DNA from: a virus
Taxonomy: Duplodnaviria > Caudoviricetes
DNA: 64,000 bases
Virus record (IMG/VR): IMGVR_UViG_3300047160_018490
Coordinates: 1 to 64,000 of that record
Direction: 5' to 3' (one strand)
Shown here piece after piece: positions 1 to 6,296 of the stretch. Within the stretch, counting starts at the first letter, position 1, and each line of letters begins with the position of its first letter. A program made the position numbers and the translations under genes. The notes below the pieces were generated by a model that was given only the letters and a program-made list of their open reading frames with translations, was not told the origin of the DNA and did no database searches.

Positions 1-44
1 AAAAAAAAGAGGGGATCGCCTATCTAACCCAAGGGAGGTGAACT

Positions 45-287
45 ATGGACGAGGTCATGACGAAGAGCGCGGGGTTGTACCGGCTGAGGTTCGCGGACAT
101 GCGTTTGCCCATGAAGGGCGTGTACGGGAGCCTGGAGGAGGCGAAGCGGGAGGCGCGCCATCTGTTCGGGAACACTCTCCGGAGCGTGAGGTGGTACGGG
201 GAAACTGGCGTGCATGGAGAGAGCGTCCCCGTGTACGTGCAGGACCTGGAAGGCCGAGTGGTGTACCGCGTGGACGCCAGCTTCTAA
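45..287 (+). CDS. hypothetical protein (80 aa)
   Basis: ATG preceded by GGAGG RBS at about 34-38; clean ORF. Confidence 0.7.
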   Translation: MDEVMTKSAGLYRLRFADMRLPMKGVYGSLEEAKREARHLFGNTLRSVRWYGETGVHGESVPVYVQDLEGRVVYRVDASF

Positions 288-312
288 ACTGGCCTTGCCC
301 TCAAGAGGGCGA

Positions 313-393
313 GTGATTATAACTGCCCTACTTGCGGGAGTTGTCTGCGGAGGCTTCGCGTATCCGCTCCCCATCAGGCCCGCCGGCGCCTGA
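313..393 (+). CDS. possible small hydrophobic peptide (VIITALLAGVVCGGFAYPLPIRPAGA)
   Basis: GTG start after AAGAGGG; read by eye, below ORF-track size cutoff. Confidence 0.3.
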   Translation: MIITALLAGVVCGGFAYPLPIRPAGA

Positions 394-452
394 GACAGCA
401 AGCCGGCAGTACATCCCCCATACCGGGTCCTCTATCCTTCTCCCTTCTCACA

Positions 453-515
453 CTCTCGGGGAGGAGGGTAGAGTGTGCTGCAAAGCTGGGAGGTTCGACT
501 CCTCCCTGGGGGCCT
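453..515 (+). other. degenerate tRNA-like element (intact T-arm, no complete cloverleaf)
   Basis: GGAGG-TTCGACT-CCTCC at 489-505; CTGCAAA anticodon-loop-like heptamer at 478-484; no valid D or anticodon stem. Confidence 0.3.
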
Positions 516-611
516 CGGGCAGGGGCTCAAGGATGATTGGGCACGTCCAAGGGCGTAATACCAGGTATTTCCGACACCTGGCCCTGCCCCCATATTCAGG
601 AGAGGGACCGG

Positions 612-857
612 GTGAAAAAGAAGAAGGCATGTCCCATCTCCAGGGAGCGGTTTGCGCGGGTGGCAAAACCCCTCGCCATCACCCTGGAGGGGAGGACGGT
701 CCTGGCCGAGGTGAAGGAGTTCTCCACCGGCTCCTATGGGTGGTACTTCGGCGGCAAGACAATGGAGGTCGTGGTGGATGGGGTCACATGCGATGTGGTT
801 CCCGTCATATCGCTTATCTTGGCCCACAGTAAACCAGACAGTTCAGGAGTAGGGTGA
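612..857 (+). CDS. small conserved protein with KEFSTGSxGW motif
   Basis: GTG start at 612 after AGAGGG; CPISRERF..AKPL...LAEVKEFSTGSYGWYFGGK, a pattern I recall from small planctomycete proteins. Confidence 0.7.
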   Translation: MKKKKACPISRERFARVAKPLAITLEGRTVLAEVKEFSTGSYGWYFGGKTMEVVVDGVTCDVVPVISLILAHSKPDSSGVG

Positions 858-1243
858 TGTCTTACCGTTGCGAGGTCTGTCTGGGGAGTGAGAAGCCTGG
901 TAGGACCAGAAAGGTGCATGTCATCTATCGCACGGTGGCCGCCAGGATTCACCACGTCCGGGTGAAGGAGGAGTTCCGCACCAGCTTCAGGACTGTCTGC
1001 GAGCCCAGGAGGACAGAAATCGCCAGGGAGGTCAGCCTCTGCCATGCCTGCTATGAGGCAATGGAGAAGAGGGGTCTGACCTTCGAGGACCTCCTCAAGG
1101 AGAGAGGGAGAGCAAAAGCCTCTCCTCTCCTCGTCCGCCTCCTTCAGATGGGGAGGCCGGTTCAAGGTGGCCAGAGGATGACTGTACATGACGGATCAAA
1201 GATATCCGTCTCCAACAACAAGGAGCACACATGCCAAAGGTGA
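854..1243 (+). CDS. hypothetical Zn-finger-like protein (two CxxC)
   Basis: CEVC and CHAC pairs; coupled to the upstream stop. Confidence 0.6.
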   Translation: MMSYRCEVCLGSEKPGRTRKVHVIYRTVAARIHHVRVKEEFRTSFRTVCEPRRTEIAREVSLCHACYEAMEKRGLTFEDLLKERGRAKASPLLVRLLQMGRPVQGGQRMTVHDGSKISVSNNKEHTCQR

Positions 1244-3063
1244 AAGCCGCGGAAGTCGTGTACCCCGAGATCATCGTTGAGAAGTATCTCGGCCCCGGGG
1301 CCATGAACCACACCCAAGCTCGTGAGTTCGTGGGCTGGCAGGAGCTGGAAGAGCCCGATGACGCCTGCATCCCGGAGCTGTACAAGCTCATCGGGAAGCA
1401 CATCCGCCTCAACAGGAACACCAACAACCGCCCCCTGGTAGAGAGCGGTATCAGGATGCTTCGCCAGGAGCACCTCAACAAGCGCTGGCGGTTCAACGCT
1501 GTCTCCATCGTGATTGGCGAGAATGGCAATGTCCAGGACGGACAGTACAGGCTGCTCTCCCTCATCTGCGCCTGGGAGGAATGGAATCTGGTGGCGCGGT
1601 GGAAGAAGAAGTGGCCCGGCGAGCAGGGTCCCACGATGGAGTGCATCGTGGTCAAGGGAGTCTCGGAGGATGATGAGACCTTCAAGACCCTCAACAGGAG
1701 CCGTCCTGGAAGCCTCACGGACGTGCTCTTCAGGAGCCACTTTCTGGCGGACGACTCTCCCGCAGATCGCAAGGTGCTCGGGAGGTTGGCAGACGCCTGC
1801 CTCAAGCTGCTCTGGCAGAGGACTGGCCTCAGCCAGGACACATGGACCCCTTACCTCACCCACGGCGAGGCGTTCGAGTGCCTGGAGAGGCACCCGAGGC
1901 TCTGGGACTGCATCCGCTTCATCAAGTCTGAGAACGTGGATGGCCTGAGCGGCATCATCAACCCCGGCTTCCTCGCCGCGATGATGTACCTCATGGGCTG
2001 CTCAGGAACCACCGATGCCGAGGAGTACAGGAGGGTGCGGAGGTTGGATGCACCCTACAACCTGGAGAAGCGGCTCTCCTTCGATACCCCCTGTGGGGTG
2101 AGGGGAAAGGACAGTCCCGACACCTGGACGAGGGCCCACGACTTCGTGAGGGAGTTCGTGAAGCTCCAGACTCCCTCTTCTCCCTTTTACATCCTTCGTG
2201 GCATCCTCTCCCCGCCCACCAAGGATGCCCCCGGGGGAAAATACTACTTCGGGGCTGATGGAGGGTCTCTGGCAGAGAGGCTCGCCCTCGTCTGCAAGGC
2301 GTGGCATCTCTACAGGAAGGGGCTGCCTCTCACCGCGGATGGCCTTTCCCTGGAGCACGCTGTGGAGAAGCTGGGCGATGGCAGGGAGGTGGCCGGCGCC
2401 ATGAACGACACGGTCACCCTCGGCGGCATCGACCTCGGCATGCCTAGGGCCAAGGAGGAGCCTGTGAAGGAGGAGGAGGAAGCCACCACTCCGCAGCCAG
2501 CCACCCAGGCAGGGGCAGCGGGAGCTACGCGCCAGCCTCCTGAGACCCCACCCGTGAAGAAGGGGCAGAAGGTTCCTGAAGGAGCCACCCCGCAGGAAGA
2601 GAGGGAGATCCGCGAGAGGGTGGAGAAGGATGCCCAGAAGAGGAAGGAGGCCCAGGAGAGGGAAGCGGGGGAGAGAAGGAGAGGAAGGGAGGAGCAGCGG
2701 GATGAGCTTCTCCGCCGCCGCCAGAAGGAGAAGGAGGAGGAAGAGAAGAAGCTGGACGAGCTGGTGACGGGGATGAGGAAGAAGCACCCCGGGAAGGTCC
2801 TCTTCTTCGATGGCGGCGCGGGAGTGATCTCCGCCTTCCAGGAGGACGCCAGGGATGTGGTCCGCTGCTGCCACCGCCCCGAGAAGCCCCTGATGGCTTC
2901 CGGCGTGGATGGCGAGATGCCCAGGGTGTCCTTCCCCAGGGAAGACCTGGAAGGGAACACGAGGAGGATTCAGGAGTCCGGCTTCCATGTCGTCAACCTC
3001 ACCCTCTCGGGGGATACCTGGGAGGCCACCATCCCCGCGGAGATGAGCGACGCGCCGCAGTAA
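1231..3063 (+). CDS. ParB/Srx-like N-terminal domain protein with C-terminal degenerate MutS domain I
   Basis: NTNNRPL...WRFNAVSIVIGENGNVQDGQYRL (ParB-like DGQHR motif); C-terminal KKHPGKVLFF...AFQEDA...MPRVSFP..DLE...RIQESGFHV resembles MutS_I; AGGAG RBS. Confidence 0.7.
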   Translation: MPKVKAAEVVYPEIIVEKYLGPGAMNHTQAREFVGWQELEEPDDACIPELYKLIGKHIRLNRNTNNRPLVESGIRMLRQEHLNKRWRFNAVSIVIGENGNVQDGQYRLLSLICAWEEWNLVARWKKKWPGEQGPTMECIVVKGVSEDDETFKTLNRSRPGSLTDVLFRSHFLADDSPADRKVLGRLADACLKLLWQRTGLSQDTWTPYLTHGEAFECLERHPRLWDCIRFIKSENVDGLSGIINPGFLAAMMYLMGCSGTTDAEEYRRVRRLDAPYNLEKRLSFDTPCGVRGKDSPDTWTRAHDFVREFVKLQTPSSPFYILRGILSPPTKDAPGGKYYFGADGGSLAERLALVCKAWHLYRKGLPLTADGLSLEHAVEKLGDGREVAGAMNDTVTLGGIDLGMPRAKEEPVKEEEEATTPQPATQAGAAGATRQPPETPPVKKGQKVPEGATPQEEREIRERVEKDAQKRKEAQEREAGERRRGREEQRDELLRRRQKEKEEEEKKLDELVTGMRKKHPGKVLFFDGGAGVISAFQEDARDVVRCCHRPEKPLMASGVDGEMPRVSFPREDLEGNTRRIQESGFHVVNLTLSGDTWEATIPAEMSDAPQ

Positions 3064-3074
3064 GACGGAAGAAG

Positions 3075-3110
3075 GAGAAGGGGGAGAAGAAAGCTCGTCT
3101 CCCCCTTCTC
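3075..3110. terminator. 13-bp perfect inverted-repeat hairpin (no clear U-tract)
   Basis: GAGAAGGGGGAGA (3075-3087) pairs with TCTCCCCCTTCTC (3098-3110), intergenic. Confidence 0.4.
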
Positions 3111-3135
3111 TCCCTACTCCTGAAAGGAGGCGACC

Positions 3136-3483
3136 ATGACGGAGAAGAAGAGAAAGAGAGGGTTCGCCGCAATGGACCCTGCCAGGCAGCGCCAGATCGC
3201 CAGCATGGGGGGCAAGGCGTGCCACGAGAAGGGCACCGGGCATGAGTTCACCACCGAGGAGGCGATAGAGGCGGGAAGGAAGGGGGGCCTGCGATCCCAC
3301 ATGAAGGGCACCGCGCATCGGTTTACTCAGGAGGAGGCGAAGGCGGCAGGGAAGAAGGGAGCAGCCGCCAAGGAGAGGAAGAGGTTGGAGACTCCTGTAC
3401 CCCTTCCTGAGGGCGTCCTCCCTCTGAAGAAGGCAACCACGGAGCCCATTCCCTACGATGCCTTCGAGGGGGAGGAAGAATGA
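3136..3483 (+). CDS. KGG-repeat general stress protein
   Basis: RGFAAMDPARQRQIASMGGKACHEKGTGHEFTTEEAIEAGRKGG plus a second repeat; AAAGGAGG RBS. Confidence 0.85.
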   Translation: MTEKKRKRGFAAMDPARQRQIASMGGKACHEKGTGHEFTTEEAIEAGRKGGLRSHMKGTAHRFTQEEAKAAGKKGAAAKERKRLETPVPLPEGVLPLKKATTEPIPYDAFEGEEE

Positions 3484-4205
3484 CGCGCTCTAACTCCATT
3501 GGCTTCCTCAATTACCCCCCTGTGCATCAGGTTGAGCAGGGGAAGAGCGTCTACGTGGACGCCGTCAACCACTGCCAGAACTACCAAACCTACCTGGTAG
3601 GAGGTAGTAAGGTCAGCTCCGTGCATGAGTGTACCCACGGTATCAACTCCCAGATCAGGAATGCCGGCCCCTCTGGGTGTAATGGCTTCTACTTCCTCAT
3701 GGACAGAGCTTTCCGAGTCCAGGAGCCGGAGATAAGAAAGAGCGCGTGCATCCCCTTCATCCCCTCCTCTCTGAGGTTCTCGCGCTACTCGCTCTATGTC
3801 GAGGGGCAGAGTGAGTGGGAAAATCAGCCTCTTTACATCTTCGATGAGTGGGTTGCCTACCAGAACGGCGCCGCCTGCGTCATCGACCTGGGCAAGGACT
3901 ACAACGAGGGAAGCACCGACTACATCTTCGGGCCCGTGGAGTTCATTGCTTACGGGACTGCCGTCGTGATGGCAGCCAACGCAAAGGAGCCTCTCTCCCC
4001 GGAGCTGAGGGAGCTTACCGCCTTCTGCCTGGAGCGGTCCTTCGAGCTGTACACCGTGGGGATGAAGATTTTACCCTGGGAGGAAGCACACAAGTGCATG
4101 GAGATTCTTCGCACCTCTCCTGAAGCCCAGAAGATGCGGGACTTCTGGCGTGACGTGCTCGCCATCGTGCCCTTCTCTACAACCACCTGCCAGAAAAGGG
4201 GATAG
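3480..4205 (+). CDS. hypothetical protein with HExxH and downstream Glu (putative zinc metallopeptidase)
   Basis: VHECTHGINS and YIFDEWVAY; ATGA overlap with upstream gene. Confidence 0.55.
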   Translation: MTRSNSIGFLNYPPVHQVEQGKSVYVDAVNHCQNYQTYLVGGSKVSSVHECTHGINSQIRNAGPSGCNGFYFLMDRAFRVQEPEIRKSACIPFIPSSLRFSRYSLYVEGQSEWENQPLYIFDEWVAYQNGAACVIDLGKDYNEGSTDYIFGPVEFIAYGTAVVMAANAKEPLSPELRELTAFCLERSFELYTVGMKILPWEEAHKCMEILRTSPEAQKMRDFWRDVLAIVPFSTTTCQKRG

Positions 4206-4234
4206 GACTCCTGAAAAGAAAAGAAGAAAGGGGC

Positions 4235-4262
4235 TTGCCTTCGCCTCCCTAGTGTATATAAT
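4235..4262 (+). promoter_or_regulatory. sigma70-type promoter
   Basis: TTGCCT-N16-TATAAT with A-rich UP-like tract at about 4214-4229, upstream of the 4299 gene. Confidence 0.65.
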
Positions 4263-4298
4263 GCCTGAAGGTCGCCCCACGCGAAAGGAGAGTGTACT

Positions 4299-5237
4299 AT
4301 GGAAAGAAACCGCCTGAAGGGGCCCATCAAGCGCCCCAGCGATCTCTTCGAGGAACTCCTGGTGGCCGAGTTGCGGAGGGTGGCTGCGCTACCTCATCCC
4401 TGGGCTATCTTGGAGAAGGAGGAGTACCCCAACTTCCGGGTGAAGTGGAGGACGGACACCTGGCTCTCGCACGCATGCACAACAGGAGCAGACGCTGCGG
4501 GTTTACTGGCCTTCTCTGCGTGGCTCAAGGATGGCCCCGTGATTGCCAGGGTCACCCCCAGCCAGTTCGAGGCCCTCGCAGAGGTCGAGGTGAACCTTGA
4601 GGTGTCCGAGATCCACCTGCCCTACCCCTGCGTGGCGGTGGATCTCACCCAGACCGACAGCCTCTTCCGGGTGGTCCTGGTGCATCAGTACGCCCCGGAT
4701 GTCCTGATCCTCCAGCAGCTCACAGAAAGCCACCAGGATGACATCTGCACCGTTATCAGGCATATCCCCGGCACCTACGCCGAGGAGAGCCTGCGGAGGT
4801 TCTACGGCGATCTGGGGGCCGTCCTGAGGCAATCCACCCGGGCCCAGAGGGTAGCCATCAACATGCTCCTCGCCCTCACCCACTTCGGGTCCTTCTCTGA
4901 GCTGCTCTTCCCCAAGGAGGCGGAGAGGGATGCGCGCCTCTCCCTGGAGCCCACTGAGAGGGGAGCGAAGGCCAGGATGAGGCTGAAGGAGGCGCCCAGG
5001 CTCATCTCCTTCGAGAGGGAGATCATCCTGGCGAAGCGGGTGGACTCCTCAGGGAAGGATCTCCCAGCAGGCACTGGGGGAGAGAAAGGGTTCCATAAGC
5101 GGAAAGGCCACTGGTGCTTGCAACCCTGCGGCCCTGGCCACTCCCTGAGGAAGAGGATCTTTCGCGCCCCTGTTTTCGTCCGCATCGACAAGCTGGTGGG
5201 CGCCCCCGCGGACACGACCACCATTTACCGGAGCTGA
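4299..5237 (+). CDS. phage hypothetical protein with C-terminal HxRxGHW motif
   Basis: HKRKGHWCLQPCGPGHSLRKRIFRAPVFV; AAAGGAG RBS. Confidence 0.75.
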   Translation: MERNRLKGPIKRPSDLFEELLVAELRRVAALPHPWAILEKEEYPNFRVKWRTDTWLSHACTTGADAAGLLAFSAWLKDGPVIARVTPSQFEALAEVEVNLEVSEIHLPYPCVAVDLTQTDSLFRVVLVHQYAPDVLILQQLTESHQDDICTVIRHIPGTYAEESLRRFYGDLGAVLRQSTRAQRVAINMLLALTHFGSFSELLFPKEAERDARLSLEPTERGAKARMRLKEAPRLISFEREIILAKRVDSSGKDLPAGTGGEKGFHKRKGHWCLQPCGPGHSLRKRIFRAPVFVRIDKLVGAPADTTTIYRS

Positions 5238-5239
5238 AG

Positions 5240-5476
5240 ATGACCAAAGAGGAGTTGGAGATAGTAGCCCTTCTGGGCGATGTGTGGAACCTGTTCCTGA
5301 AGCTGCCTCCTATAGGAAAGGTAGGAGCGTCTCCAACGGACAACGACGCCAGAGAGTTCATCGTGGCGATCCACACAGCGCAGAACATCGTCCTCTCCAG
5401 GGATGGATTGCGTTGGATCGAGAAGATGCTCGTGGAGACGGAGAAGAGGAAGAAGGAAAAGGAGAATGGAGGTTAA
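5240..5476 (+). CDS. hypothetical protein
   Basis: ATG at 5240 after GGAG; fills gap between neighbours. Confidence 0.6.
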   Translation: MTKEELEIVALLGDVWNLFLKLPPIGKVGASPTDNDAREFIVAIHTAQNIVLSRDGLRWIEKMLVETEKRKKEKENGG

Positions 5477-5478
5477 CT

Positions 5479-5721
5479 ATGGACCTGGACTTTCTGCTGG
5501 AAGTGTGCAGGCAGGATGATGGCTCGCAGAACCCCTGGGCGGACAAGGCCCTGCGAGCTTACTACCTCGCCACCAGAGGACCATTCACCAGCTATGTCCC
5601 ACCGGATCGCGTGGGACTTTACCGTGGCTCCAGGGTGATGGATGCACACGAGATCGCACGGGCTCTCCGCAAGAACTACAAGGAAGTGAACAGGACCCGC
5701 CCCATCATGTACCTGAGCTAG
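5479..5721 (+). CDS. hypothetical protein
   Basis: ATG at 5479 after GGAGG. Confidence 0.6.
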   Translation: MDLDFLLEVCRQDDGSQNPWADKALRAYYLATRGPFTSYVPPDRVGLYRGSRVMDAHEIARALRKNYKEVNRTRPIMYLS

Positions 5722-5735
5722 AAAGGAGGGAGAGC

Positions 5736-5894
5736 GTGGGAAAGAAGGCGAAGAAGATGAGGGTTACGAAGATCAACCAAACCAGCAAGAAGGTGAAGAA
5801 GGGTTTGGCCGGGAAGGCGTGGTTGGACATGCCTCACCGCCAGACCATCTACGGGCACCTGGTGCCCAAGTCCACGGGAGGAGGTAAAGGATGA
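5736..5894 (+). CDS. small basic Lys-rich protein (52 aa)
   Basis: GTG after AAAGGAGG; ends in ATGA overlap with next gene. Confidence 0.55.
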   Translation: MGKKAKKMRVTKINQTSKKVKKGLAGKAWLDMPHRQTIYGHLVPKSTGGGKG

Positions 5895-6145
5895 ACCAGA
5901 TGACCGTTTACGCCGCACAGGCCAGGGCACGCAAGGAAGCCTTCAGGAGCGCACTCCTGAATACGTGCGTCCGTGGCGCCAGGGAGAAGGTTCCCGGCCT
6001 TACGCTGGGGAACTGCCTCCTCAATCGGGAGTTTCGCCTGGCCGCCGCCATGCACCTGAGGGGGAGCTTCTTCCTGCCTCCGATTGAGTTCAGCATGCAG
6101 GAGGCGAGGATCGATCTCATCATCGAGCTGGAGGCGATGGGATAG
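5891..6145 (+). CDS. hypothetical protein
   Basis: GGAGG RBS, ATGA coupling. Confidence 0.6.
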   Translation: MNQMTVYAAQARARKEAFRSALLNTCVRGAREKVPGLTLGNCLLNREFRLAAAMHLRGSFFLPPIEFSMQEARIDLIIELEAMG

Positions 6146-6150
6146 AGGAG

Positions 6151-6233
6151 AAAGAAAAAGGGCCCCCTCCCGCCTGTCCGCCGCAGACAGGAGAGCGCAC
6201 CGTGGCCGACGCGCTCCGGAGCCGGGAGGGGGC
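6151..6233 (-). terminator. intrinsic terminator of the minus-strand operon with a branched stem
   Basis: outer stem 6162-6172/6223-6233, inner hairpins 6173-6191 and 6193-6216, followed on the minus strand by CTTTTTCTTT; lies between convergent genes. Confidence 0.65.
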
Positions 6234-6296
6234 ATATCCTTCAAAGAGTCACACCCCAACCCACTTCCCCTTTCACTTCCCCACACCTCTTCACTC

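Noticed and set aside
441-516. Intact tRNA-Cys
   Set aside because: No D-arm or anticodon stem, wrong spacing and no CCA; kept only as a relic
2002-3318. 438-aa minus-strand ORF
   Set aside because: Antisense to the ParB-like and KGG genes; no independent evidence
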